Assembly (NCBI GenBank): GCA_038998335.1
Contig: JAVZHQ010000001.1
Span: 704,001-768,000, forward strand
Origin: Candidatus Aenigmatarchaeota archaeon
GTDB taxonomy: Archaea > Aenigmatarchaeota > Aenigmatarchaeia > CG10238-14 > SCSR01
DNA: 64,000 nucleotides
Reading direction: 5' to 3'
Each line of letters starts with the position of its first letter. Position 1 is the first letter of the stretch. Positions 29,370 through 39,187 of this stretch are shown piece after piece. A program made the position numbers and the translations under genes. The notes beneath the pieces are model-generated. The model was not told where the DNA came from. It saw nothing but the letters and a program-made list of their open reading frames with translations, and searched no databases.

Positions 29370-30533
29370 ATGAAAATCTTAATGATTACTGAAAGTTTCC
29401 CACCAGAAATGAGTGGTAGTGCTATTTATGCTTATGAAATGGCAAAAAGATTTGGAAAATTAGGTATTGAAACAACCATTATAACCAGGAAATTTGGTTC
29501 CAACTATAAAGATGAGAAGATAAAAAATGTAAAAGTAATAAGGATAAATGTTCCTTCGTATGAAGCAGCAGGTAAGAAAATAAATCTTAATAGATTTAGA
29601 TTCATATTAGCTCTAATTAAAACAATTCTAGCTATTCATAAAAATTATGATATTATTCATTTACACTCTGGTCTAGCTTCTGAATGTGCTGCCTGGGCGC
29701 TCAAAAAAGTTTTTAGAGTAAAGACACCGATAGTAATGACTCTTCATGCTACTTTTGCTGGCTATTGGAAATTACTTTATCCTTTTCCTATCTACATTCT
29801 TTTTGATAGTATAAGCAAAGAATTGATAGCTGGTAGTAATTGTGATAGGTATTTTGTAGTGGACGATGGAATGGGTGGGGATGTATTTCTCAGAAAGAAT
29901 GGCGTGTCGTCTAAAAAAATAAAAAAACATTTTCATGCTGTCGACACAAATATTTTCCGACCTATGAATATAAAGAAAAGTAAGAACACTATTGCCTACA
30001 TAGGAAGATTAGACCCTTTTAAAGGAGTAGATTTGGTTATAGAAGCTATGAAATTCCTACCAGAGCCAATAAAACTAGAAATATACGGAAATGGTCCTCT
30101 TAAAGAAAAACTTATTGACTTAACGAAAAAATTAAATCTTTCCAAAAGAGTAAAATTTCATAACTCAATACCACATAAAAAAATTCCTTACTACTTAAAT
30201 AGATTTGAAATTTTAGTTCTTACTGACATAAGAGGAGAAAAAAATAGGAACGGATTAGGTTTGATTATGTGTGAAGCCATGGCATGTAAAGCTCTTTATT
30301 TGACTTCTTTTTTCCCCAGAAAAGAATGGAAATGTAAAACATGGATAAGTGTTTGTAAAAATGACCCAAAACAAATAGCAAATAAAATCTTAGAGTATTT
30401 CAAGAATAAGAAAAAATACGAAAGAATAAGAAAGAATGCAAGAAAAATAGCATTAAAATATTTCAGTTGGAATAAAATTATTAATCTTTATTTAAATGAA
30501 TTTAGAGAACTTAAAATTATAACATCATTATAA
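29370..30533 (+). CDS. glycosyltransferase family 4
   Basis: MKILMITESFPP, YIGRLDPFKG, EAMAC, FSW. Confidence 0.9.
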   Translation: MKILMITESFPPEMSGSAIYAYEMAKRFGKLGIETTIITRKFGSNYKDEKIKNVKVIRINVPSYEAAGKKINLNRFRFILALIKTILAIHKNYDIIHLHSGLASECAAWALKKVFRVKTPIVMTLHATFAGYWKLLYPFPIYILFDSISKELIAGSNCDRYFVVDDGMGGDVFLRKNGVSSKKIKKHFHAVDTNIFRPMNIKKSKNTIAYIGRLDPFKGVDLVIEAMKFLPEPIKLEIYGNGPLKEKLIDLTKKLNLSKRVKFHNSIPHKKIPYYLNRFEILVLTDIRGEKNRNGLGLIMCEAMACKALYLTSFFPRKEWKCKTWISVCKNDPKQIANKILEYFKNKKKYERIRKNARKIALKYFSWNKIINLYLNEFRELKIITSL

Positions 30534-30553
30534 AAGTAATATGAAAAAAATTT

Positions 30554-31282
30554 TTATTGTTTTTTAATTGGTAAAGTACATCTAACCCATATCTCAGCAC
30601 AATACTCAGGGGGTAATTGCTTACCTAATTCATAAAATGCATCTATAATTTTTGAGTTAAACATTTCCATTTGTTTATTAGAAAGTGGTTTAAAAAATAT
30701 TCCGCCAAAGCTTTCTATTTTTAAACCGCTTTTAATTATATCTTTTCGAAGCATTTTTAAATCATAGTATCTTTTATGATTAACTGCAATATCTTGTTCG
30801 GTTAATTCGTGGAGATCTGAAATAACTCCCATAATCTTTCCAATCCGACGATGTATAGACTCTGCGTTTGGTACCACTATAACTATATAACCATCTTCAT
30901 TAATAAATTTCTTATATTTTTTAAGAATTGAAATTGGATCTTCTACATGTTCTAATATTCCTGACATTAGTATAGTATCGAAAAGATAAGTAGGATTAAA
31001 ATCTTCAAAAAGAGAGATGAAAAATTTCACTTTATTTTTAAACAATGACACTCGTTTTTGGGCTCGCTCAACACGAATTTTAGAACCATCAACAGCCACT
31101 ACCTCATTAAAATTTTTTAACAATTCCAACGTGATTAAACCGTCACCACATCCTAGCTCTAGAATTTTAGGACCTTTACATAGTTCAACAATAGTCCTAG
31201 CTCTATATTTTATTAACATCTTGTTGAATCCCTCGTCATGTCTAACTTTTTTTGCGATTTCGTCTAATCGTTCTTTTAACAT
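30554..31282 (-). CDS. class I SAM-dependent methyltransferase
   Basis: ILELGCGDG, ILEHVEDP, VPNAESIHR. Confidence 0.9.
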   Translation of the reverse strand: MLKERLDEIAKKVRHDEGFNKMLIKYRARTIVELCKGPKILELGCGDGLITLELLKNFNEVVAVDGSKIRVERAQKRVSLFKNKVKFFISLFEDFNPTYLFDTILMSGILEHVEDPISILKKYKKFINEDGYIVIVVPNAESIHRRIGKIMGVISDLHELTEQDIAVNHKRYYDLKMLRKDIIKSGLKIESFGGIFFKPLSNKQMEMFNSKIIDAFYELGKQLPPEYCAEIWVRCTLPIKKQ

Positions 31283-31372
31283 TTAAAATCTTCCTATAAA
31301 TTTTTTTGGAATAATTATTTAAAATTTTATTAAAAGCATATCTTTATTTTTCAATTCACAAATAAGTAAAAT

Positions 31373-32368
31373 ATGAAAAAAGTAAGAGTTGCTGTTATTG
31401 GCGTTGGAAATATGGGAAAACATCATACCAGAATATATTCTAAATTGCCTAATGTGAAATTGGTAGCTGTTTCTGACATCAATAAAAATATTGGAGAAAT
31501 GGTAGCAAAAAAATATGGTTGTAAATTTTATCGCGATTATAAAGAAATGTTAAAAAAAGAAGAAATAGACGCTGTATCAATTGCAACACCGACAACACTC
31601 CATAAGGATATTGCTCTTGATGCCATAAACACTGACAAACATGTTTTAATCGAAAAACCTATCGCAGATACGGTAGAAAATGCAAAAAAAATTATTAAAG
31701 CAGCAAAGGAAAAAAATGTAAAATTGATGGTAGGACATATAGAAAGATTTAACCCAGCTGTCAGAAAGTTGAAGGAAATATTAAATAAAGGAAAATTGGG
31801 AGACATAAAAACAATTATTATAAGAAGAGTTGGTTTATTCCCACCCCAAATTAAAGACACTAATGTTATCATAGATCTTGCAGTACATGATATTGATATT
31901 TGCAATTATTTACTTGGTAGAGAGCCAGTTGTACTCTATGCAACAGCTGGAAAAGCATTAACAAACAGACAGGAAGATTATGCAGATATTTTTTTAAGAT
32001 ATGGTACAATAAATGTTTTTATTCAAGTAAATTGGATCACTCCGGTTAAAATTAGAAATCTATCAATAACTGGAACCAAGGGTTATGCTGAATTAAACTA
32101 CATAACTCAAGACTTAAAAATTTATGAAAGCATTTTCGAAAAATCGAGAGACGAAACATTCGAAGAAATTGTTAAATTTGGACAACCCAAAGAAATTCAT
32201 ATTAGTGTAAATAAAAAAGAACCTTTAAAAGAAGAACTTAAATCCTTTATTTCTTATATAAATGGTGGTGTATGCGAAGCATCTGGTGAGGAGGCGTTAA
32301 AGGCTCTTGAAGTAGCCACTGAAATTATCAATTTCTATAGAAAACAAAAATTATTTCTTAAAAAATAA
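31373..32368 (+). CDS. Gfo/Idh/MocA oxidoreductase (UDP-HexNAc(A) 3-dehydrogenase, WbpB/WlbA-like)
   Basis: VIGVGNMG, EKPIA, GHIERFNPA, DLAVHDID, NWITPVKIR. Confidence 0.88.
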   Translation: MKKVRVAVIGVGNMGKHHTRIYSKLPNVKLVAVSDINKNIGEMVAKKYGCKFYRDYKEMLKKEEIDAVSIATPTTLHKDIALDAINTDKHVLIEKPIADTVENAKKIIKAAKEKNVKLMVGHIERFNPAVRKLKEILNKGKLGDIKTIIIRRVGLFPPQIKDTNVIIDLAVHDIDICNYLLGREPVVLYATAGKALTNRQEDYADIFLRYGTINVFIQVNWITPVKIRNLSITGTKGYAELNYITQDLKIYESIFEKSRDETFEEIVKFGQPKEIHISVNKKEPLKEELKSFISYINGGVCEASGEEALKALEVATEIINFYRKQKLFLKK

Positions 32369-34064
32369 TTTTTATTAATTGTGAGATAGTATCAATAACC
32401 TTATCAGCTCCAAATTTTTTAGAATGCTCTTCATCAATATTTTTGGATAAAATTCCAACTGATTTAATGCCACAATTCTTTGCTGCCATAATGTCATATG
32501 GATGATCGCCAACAACAAGCGCTTGAGACGGTTTTACATTCAAGTACTCAAGAATTTTATGCAAACCTTCAGGGTGTGGTTTTTGACTTTTTACATCGTC
32601 CCTCGTAACAATTATATCGAAATAATTTCTCAATCCAAATTTTCTTAAAGATTCTACAACTGCATCTTTTCCATTTCTTGAGAATAATGCCAATTTAATA
32701 CCTAACTTCTTTAATTTTTGCAGAGTTTTTTCTGCGCCATATACCATTGTTGATTTTTTTACAGCGTCTAACTCATATTTTTCCAATGTTTTATATGCCA
32801 GAAGAGATATTTTTGTCGCTGTTGTAGCTCCAAAATTATTTTTTATTAAAGAGATGGAATTATCTATAGAAGTTAAAAGAGGTTTAAACTCGCTTTTAAT
32901 ACCAAATTTTTTAAATATTTTCTTAAGTTCTCTTCTCAGAGCTTTATAGTTAATAGGAAGATGTAATATGGTTCCGTCAAGATCAAAAATAATCAATTTC
33001 GGTCTTTCGTTTAATTTTTGAACAACACTAAATTTAAACTCCTCCTCTTTAACTAAAATTGGTCCAGAATCCATGTGTCTTATCCAATAAAGACCTGCAG
33101 GTAAAGCATTATATTTTGGTAATTTTGGTATACGTTCTCCATAAGCCAGTTTCACATAATAATACGGCATATTTACTCCTGCAAATGAAAAAAAGTAGCT
33201 TGTAGTAAAGAATCTACCAGCATTTATTTCGGTTGGACATGGCAGGCCCTCATAATTTTCTTTCAAATCCACACAAAACACTCCTGTTGCGTTAGGGTCT
33301 ATAGCTAAAACACAATCTGTAGCAATTTTGTTCACATCCTCTCTCTGTACAGTCACTGCTACACTGGGGGTACCAGTAACTCCAGACGGTGCAAGATGTG
33401 GATAGATATACTCTATTCTTTCTCTGGCTTGGGATGTAACTATTTCACCGTCTTTCCAAATACTTTGAAACGCTATGTTTTTACCGGGTAAATATTCTTG
33501 CGCTAGAAAGTCCCAATTCATCTTTCTTAGGCGCCAATATTTAATCCACGCTTTTCCTTGTTCAATATTTTCCACTCGTGTGCTTCCCCTTCCACCAGCA
33601 CCCTCAACAGCTCTCAACCAAAATGGCAAACCAAGCTCATCAACAACCTTACCTAAATCATCTTCCTCCTTAATTAAAAATGACTTTGGAACTGTTATAC
33701 CTTTTTTCTTCCAAATTTTCGCGGATTTCCATTTGTTTTGACAAATCTCTATCGTTTTTTTACTAGGCAAAAAAGTAAAAGCATGTAACTTCTCTCTATT
33801 TTCTGAAATTACTTTAACTTCTACGTCTGGTTGTGGATGTAAAAACTCACATTTGGTTTTTCTTATTATTTCATTCAGTACATCAATATAACTTGGATCT
33901 GTAGATTTGGGAACCAAAAAACGCTCATCAATTTCCGGAAGTTGTAAGTAGTATTTATTCATATCAGTACCAACAATAAAAAATTTTTCTGGAGCAATTC
34001 TCAGAGATTTAACGAAATTTACTCCAGCCGGTCCACCACAACCTGTGATAATTATTCTTTTCAT
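32358..34064 (-). CDS. ATP-grasp ligase fused to a C-terminal HAD-family phosphatase
   Basis: ITGCGGPAG, GAGGRG, QEYLPG, TEINAGRF; then FDLDGT, KPHPEG, VGDHPYDI. Confidence 0.85.
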   Translation of the reverse strand: MKRIIITGCGGPAGVNFVKSLRIAPEKFFIVGTDMNKYYLQLPEIDERFLVPKSTDPSYIDVLNEIIRKTKCEFLHPQPDVEVKVISENREKLHAFTFLPSKKTIEICQNKWKSAKIWKKKGITVPKSFLIKEEDDLGKVVDELGLPFWLRAVEGAGGRGSTRVENIEQGKAWIKYWRLRKMNWDFLAQEYLPGKNIAFQSIWKDGEIVTSQARERIEYIYPHLAPSGVTGTPSVAVTVQREDVNKIATDCVLAIDPNATGVFCVDLKENYEGLPCPTEINAGRFFTTSYFFSFAGVNMPYYYVKLAYGERIPKLPKYNALPAGLYWIRHMDSGPILVKEEEFKFSVVQKLNERPKLIIFDLDGTILHLPINYKALRRELKKIFKKFGIKSEFKPLLTSIDNSISLIKNNFGATTATKISLLAYKTLEKYELDAVKKSTMVYGAEKTLQKLKKLGIKLALFSRNGKDAVVESLRKFGLRNYFDIIVTRDDVKSQKPHPEGLHKILEYLNVKPSQALVVGDHPYDIMAAKNCGIKSVGILSKNIDEEHSKKFGADKVIDTISQLIKIIF

Positions 34065-35149
34065 CTTTTACCCTCAAAAAATTCTTTTATAGAATCAACT
34101 ATAAATTGTAAATCTTTTTTTGTCAAAGCTGGATGAACAGGTAAGGATAAAACTTTATTGCTAAGTTGTTCTGCTACAGGTAGAAAATCTTTGTAGCCTA
34201 ATTGTTGATATAATGGTTGTTTATGTATCGGCAAAGGATAATAAACCACAGTTTGAATTCCTTTTTTATCTAAAAAATCCTTCAATTTGTTTCTTTTATT
34301 CGTTTTAATTGTATATTGGTGATAAACATGTTTTACATTCTTTGCGACAAAAGGCACTTCCAATCCTTCAACAAATTTAAGTTTTTTCGTTAAAAATTTA
34401 GCATTCTTAATCCTTTTGCTATTCAAACTTTCAAGTTTCTTAAATTGAATAAGACCAATTGCCGCAGCTATCTCGGTCATCCTGTAATTATAACCAAGAC
34501 AATCAACAAAATATCTTTGATACTCTCCATGATTTCTTATTTTCCTACATCTCTCGGCTATTTTTTCATCGTTTGTAGTAATCATTCCACCTTCCCCTGT
34601 TGTAATGTTTTTGGTTGGGTAAAAGCTAAATATGCCACAAACACCAAAGGAACCAACTTTTTTTCCTTTGAATTCTGCACCAATAGCTTGGGCTGCATCT
34701 TCTATCAAAAGTAAATTGTGACTTTCGCAAATTTCAAGTAAACTTTCTATGTCAGCTGGCTGGCCAAACAAATGAACTGGTAGTATAGCTTTAGTTTTTT
34801 CGGTTATTTTTTCTTCAATTTTTGTTGGGTCTATATTAAATGTCCTTTCATCTACATCCACAAAAACTGGTTTTGCTCCACAATATAAAATTGAGTTCGC
34901 CGTAGCAATAAAAGTGAAAGGTGTTGTTATTACCTCATCGCCTGGTCTAATTCCAATTGCAATCAAGGCCGTATGTAAGGCAGTTGTTCCGGAAGATGTA
35001 GCTATTGCATAGTTTACTCCAGTATATTCAGCTATCCTTTCTTCAAATGTCTTTACATTTTGTCCTTGAGCAAGCATCCCAGACTTTAAGACTTTTTCTA
35101 CGGCTATAACTTCTTCTTTACCGATGGATGGTGAAGCTATGTTAATCAT
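34061..35149 (-). CDS. DegT/DnrJ/EryC1/StrS PLP-dependent sugar aminotransferase
   Basis: SSGTTALH, IEDAAQAIG, SFYPTKNITTGEGG, GYNYRM, LSLPVHP. Confidence 0.93.
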   Translation of the reverse strand: MINIASPSIGKEEVIAVEKVLKSGMLAQGQNVKTFEERIAEYTGVNYAIATSSGTTALHTALIAIGIRPGDEVITTPFTFIATANSILYCGAKPVFVDVDERTFNIDPTKIEEKITEKTKAILPVHLFGQPADIESLLEICESHNLLLIEDAAQAIGAEFKGKKVGSFGVCGIFSFYPTKNITTGEGGMITTNDEKIAERCRKIRNHGEYQRYFVDCLGYNYRMTEIAAAIGLIQFKKLESLNSKRIKNAKFLTKKLKFVEGLEVPFVAKNVKHVYHQYTIKTNKRNKLKDFLDKKGIQTVVYYPLPIHKQPLYQQLGYKDFLPVAEQLSNKVLSLPVHPALTKKDLQFIVDSIKEFFEGKR

Positions 35150-35197
35150 TCTCTCTATTTTATTTTCTAAATAAATAAAACTATAAAAATTAAAGAT

Positions 35198-35926
35198 ATG
35201 ATAAAATTTATGGAAAATACACTTAAAATTTTAATAGGTTCCCCAATTTCAAAAAAGAGTGTATATGCTCTAAATAAGTTTATAAGGAACCAACTCAAAA
35301 TCTATAAAAAAACAAAACATAAATGCTTAACTGTTTTTGCCTCAGAAGATATTAAAAAATTACCTGTAAAAAACAAAAATTTTGTTTTAATCAATTTTAA
35401 ACCAATAATCAAAGGAAAAGATAGAGTGTGGAAAATAGTTGGCGCTAGAAACGCTATTAGAGAATATTTTTTAAGCAAAGACTTTGACTATCTTGTTTTT
35501 TTGGACAGTGACATGACTTTCGAACCGGAAATAATCAATAAACTTGTAGAAAAAGCAAAAGAAGGTTATGATGTGGTATACAATATTTACAGATTGAAAA
35601 ATGGACAGGTTGCCTATTCTGGTTTTGGTGGTACTTTAATAAAAAGATGGGTAATGGAAAAAGTTAAGTTTAGATGTTATGAAGATGTAAAAATAGTTGT
35701 TGATGAAATAAACTGTTTTAAAAAAGATTTGTTCAAAATAAAAGCTAAAATTTGGAGAGGTTTAATAGTAAAAAGTATTCATCATGATAAAAATAAAGAA
35801 TGGATAATGAACAAAGAATTAACAACGAAGGAAAAAATATTTAATTGGGTTAGTGATAAACTTCTTTCAATTTTACCAGAAACTTTTTTTGTAAGACTTG
35901 TTAAATTTAGTAGGGGATTTTTATAA
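35198..35926 (+). CDS. GT-A fold glycosyltransferase (GT2-like)
   Basis: ARN.IR, YLVFLDSD DxD motif, GFGGTLIKR. Confidence 0.7.
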   Translation: MIKFMENTLKILIGSPISKKSVYALNKFIRNQLKIYKKTKHKCLTVFASEDIKKLPVKNKNFVLINFKPIIKGKDRVWKIVGARNAIREYFLSKDFDYLVFLDSDMTFEPEIINKLVEKAKEGYDVVYNIYRLKNGQVAYSGFGGTLIKRWVMEKVKFRCYEDVKIVVDEINCFKKDLFKIKAKIWRGLIVKSIHHDKNKEWIMNKELTTKEKIFNWVSDKLLSILPETFFVRLVKFSRGFL

Positions 35927-36019
35927 AAATCAAAGTTGATTACAATTAAGTAAGTATACAAGTCTGGATATCGGATAAACATAGAGCCTACCACATACTT
36001 AAGATTTTTACAATGTTTT

Positions 36020-36170
36020 TTAAAAAAAGGAAATGCCTTGAAAATACCTTATAAAGATAATTTTTTGATAAGGTAATTTGTATAGATGTTATTGAGCACA
36101 TAGAAGATGATGAAAAAGTACCGAAAGAAATTAAAAAAGTTTTTGAAAAAGGGGAGAATAGTATTTTGTC
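36020..36170 (+). pseudogene. frameshifted class I methyltransferase fragment
   Basis: GNALKIPYKDNF / DKVICIDVIEHIEDDEKVPKEIKKV / LKKG across two T-run frameshifts. Confidence 0.75.
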
Positions 36171-36385
36171 CTGGCACTTTAAACCCAACAATAGGACATT
36201 TTCATTCTTATAATTTTCATCAATAGATTTGAAATTAAAAATTAATAACTTATAGAAGTATTTTAGATAAGATATTAATCCCCTAAGAAAACCAGCAAAT
36301 GCTTTCCATCAAGACATTCCCTAATTCGCATTCTTCGTTAAACTCACTATTATTTTTAATCGTCTTTATTCCTATAAAATATTTA

Positions 36386-37948
36386 ATGAAAAGAATAAAA
36401 CCAAGCATTACTAAAATTTTCTTGATATTTTTAATAATTTTTTATTCAACTTTTTGGTTTTACTTAGCTGAAAAAACAAGTATAGAGTTTGACGAAACAA
36501 CTCATTCTTTGCTTGCGATATTTTATAAAGATTTAATAAAGTATTCAATTTCACACTTAAATTTTAAGGAAATTTATGACTACGCCTATTCTTACTTAGT
36601 TTATTATCCAAAACTTTCAGTTTACTACCCTCCGTTAATTCATTTAACCATAGCTTTTGTTTTTAGTTTTTTCAACCCAAGCTTTTTACTTGCCAGGTGT
36701 GTAATAATATTTTTTTCGGTGCTTTTCATTCTTTTGATCTTTAAATTTTCAAAATTTATTCTAAAAAATGAAAAAACCGCTTTACTAACCGCTATTTTAT
36801 TCTGTAGTAGTCCAATGACTATTTATTTATCAAGAGGTGTTTATCTGGATTTACCATTAGCATTTTTCTTTACACTTGCTATTTTTCTTTATTTAGTTGC
36901 TTTAGAAACAAACAAGAAAAAATATTACTTTTTTGCTTCACTAATTTCCACACTGGGTTTCTTAGTAAAATGGTTTTTTATCCTTGCACTTCCTATAATC
37001 TTCTTTTATACACTTCTTGAGCATAAAAGGAAATTAAAATTCCTTTTAATTTCCTTCATTTTATTTAGTTTTTTAATATCACCTTACGTTTTTTTACTCC
37101 TTAAGATGGATCTTATATCATTTCAATATAAATCAGCAATACCCCTAGGCACTGGTGGGATGCCGGGAGTTACAGATTTTTTTAACTGGGTATTTTATCC
37201 TTATGTAATCAACAAACACTATTTTGTTTTTCCCTTATCTCTCATACTACTATTTTCTGTTTACAAATATTGGAGAAATAAAAAACCGTATTGGAAACTT
37301 ATGCTGGTATGGATTGTATTCTTATATTTATTTTTATCTCTTTTCCCAAACAAAGACTCGAAATATTTTTTCATAGCAATAGCGCCTTTTTGTATAATTA
37401 CTGCTGACTTTTTAAGTGAGCACATTAAAAAAATTCTGAGTTTTATTCTAATTGGAACTTTACTTATTATAAACTCTTTAGTTTCTTTTAACATAATTCC
37501 ATTTCACAAATTAGAGTCTTTGTACGGCAAACCTTCTTACGCACTTCAATTTTATAAAACTTACGGAAAAGAAATTTCTGATTTTATTATCTCAAATCCT
37601 TACCCAACTTACTTTGCTTCTGAAACAAGTAGAGCCTTACCTTCGGAAACTATGTTCTACCTTGCAAGTCAAGGAAAGTTTATAAAAATTTTAAGGCCTT
37701 GCGCTGGTGATTTTGACATTAACAAAACTTTATATGAAACTGGAGTTAAATGGGTTATTTATGACACAAAAGACAAAAATAACTCTTACATACTTAAGTT
37801 AAAAGAAAAAAACCTAGTAACTTTAGAAAGGAATATAGATGAAATAGAAATATATAGATATAACTTCTTTAACCCAAACCTCAAGGAAAATTGTAATATA
37901 GTTTGTTTAATCGAAGAGAAAGTTTGCGAAAAAGTTAAATTAAGTTAG
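36386..37948 (+). CDS. GT-C fold glycosyltransferase (GT39/ArnT-like)
   Basis: FDE first loop, YYPPL, many TM helices, NKDSKY; ATG at 36386. Confidence 0.8.
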   Translation: MKRIKPSITKIFLIFLIIFYSTFWFYLAEKTSIEFDETTHSLLAIFYKDLIKYSISHLNFKEIYDYAYSYLVYYPKLSVYYPPLIHLTIAFVFSFFNPSFLLARCVIIFFSVLFILLIFKFSKFILKNEKTALLTAILFCSSPMTIYLSRGVYLDLPLAFFFTLAIFLYLVALETNKKKYYFFASLISTLGFLVKWFFILALPIIFFYTLLEHKRKLKFLLISFILFSFLISPYVFLLLKMDLISFQYKSAIPLGTGGMPGVTDFFNWVFYPYVINKHYFVFPLSLILLFSVYKYWRNKKPYWKLMLVWIVFLYLFLSLFPNKDSKYFFIAIAPFCIITADFLSEHIKKILSFILIGTLLIINSLVSFNIIPFHKLESLYGKPSYALQFYKTYGKEISDFIISNPYPTYFASETSRALPSETMFYLASQGKFIKILRPCAGDFDINKTLYETGVKWVIYDTKDKNNSYILKLKEKNLVTLERNIDEIEIYRYNFFNPNLKENCNIVCLIEEKVCEKVKLS

Positions 37949-37997
37949 ACATACCTTAAAATGGACATAATTATAAAAATCAAGAAATTAAGGAAAC

Positions 37998-38981
37998 TTA
38001 TTTTAAGCTTTTCATCATTTTCTTAACAATATCAAAACCATAAACCTGAGGAATAATTATTGCACCAATAGAATTTTCGCATAAGTGAACAAAAAATCTA
38101 TAAATCAAAACTGCTGAAGTTGCTTGAGGTACAGGAAAACCTAAAAAAGACAAAAGCAAAACCATGATTGCTTCTATAGACCCTAAACCACCAGGAATTA
38201 AAGTTAAAACTCCAAGCAAAATTGATAGTAAAGGCAAAGCAAAAAAGGAAAATGGTAAATCAATTCCAACTGCCTTTGCTGAAAGTAAAAATATTATTCC
38301 CTCAACAACCCAAATTAAAAATGTTAAGAAAAAAATTTGAAAAAGAAACTTAGATTTTTTAAGTTGAGCAAAACCAATAGAAAAATTTTTTGCCATTTCC
38401 TCTATTTTCTTGCTAAACTTTTTTATTACTAGTAATCTTGAAATCAACTTAAAAAATTTCAAGGTTAGTTTTTTGCTGTTAAGAATTAGCAAAACTGAAA
38501 GAGAGATTAGAAAGAAAATCAGCATACCGACAAATGCAAAGAAAGTGATGTAAGAAGGTAAGAAGCTTATGACAGCCTGGAGAGTTAATAAGGAGAATAG
38601 AATGTAAACAAAAACGTCCAAAGCTCTTTCTGTTAAAACCAAAGGAACTGTTTTAGAAAAGGAATAACCAAACTTTACTTTTAAAAAATAACCTCTTATC
38701 GGCTCTAAAGCTTTGAAAGGAACCAAGTTTCCTAAAAACATAGCAGAGTTAAAACTATAAAAAGCGTGAGGAAAAGGAACTTTCATCTTTACAGATTTTA
38801 AGAAAATTTGCCATCTTAACGATTTCAGAAAAACAGAAAAAAGAAACGTTAGAAAAGCGAGAAGAATAAAAATTGGGTTTGAGGCCAAAACTGTTCTGAG
38901 AACTTCTTCTATTCCGGAAAAATAAAGGATTAGAAGAAGTAAAATAACTCCGGCAGAAATACTTAGTAATTTTAAATTCAT
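37998..38981 (-). CDS. lysylphosphatidylglycerol-synthase TM domain / UPF0104 flippase-like protein
   Basis: LRWQ, ERALD, PGGLGSIE, LIYR. Confidence 0.88.
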   Translation of the reverse strand: MNLKLLSISAGVILLLLILYFSGIEEVLRTVLASNPIFILLAFLTFLFSVFLKSLRWQIFLKSVKMKVPFPHAFYSFNSAMFLGNLVPFKALEPIRGYFLKVKFGYSFSKTVPLVLTERALDVFVYILFSLLTLQAVISFLPSYITFFAFVGMLIFFLISLSVLLILNSKKLTLKFFKLISRLLVIKKFSKKIEEMAKNFSIGFAQLKKSKFLFQIFFLTFLIWVVEGIIFLLSAKAVGIDLPFSFFALPLLSILLGVLTLIPGGLGSIEAIMVLLLSFLGFPVPQATSAVLIYRFFVHLCENSIGAIIIPQVYGFDIVKKMMKSLK

Positions 38982-39064
38982 AAAAGATATATTACTTCAT
39001 CAAGATTTAAAAGTGAAACACGAAAGTTATAATTTTTAGAAGGAGGTCTTCCAGGTTTAGCTAA

Positions 39065-39131
39065 AAAGAAGATCAACATACCAAAAAAAAGCCAAAAAAG
39101 TGATGTAAGAAAGTAAAAATCTTATAATGGC
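39065..39131 (-). pseudogene. degenerate copy of an internal segment (38511-38576) of the UPF0104 gene
   Basis: AAAGAAGATCAACATACC..AAAGTGATGTAAGAAAGTAAAAATCTTAT versus AAAGAAAATCAGCATACC..AAAGTGATGTAAGAAGGTAAGAAGCTTAT. Confidence 0.65.
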
Positions 39132-39187
39132 ATAGGGGAAGAGGTTGAAATAAAAATCTTAGGATAGAGCTTTTCAAGCTTTGTTAG

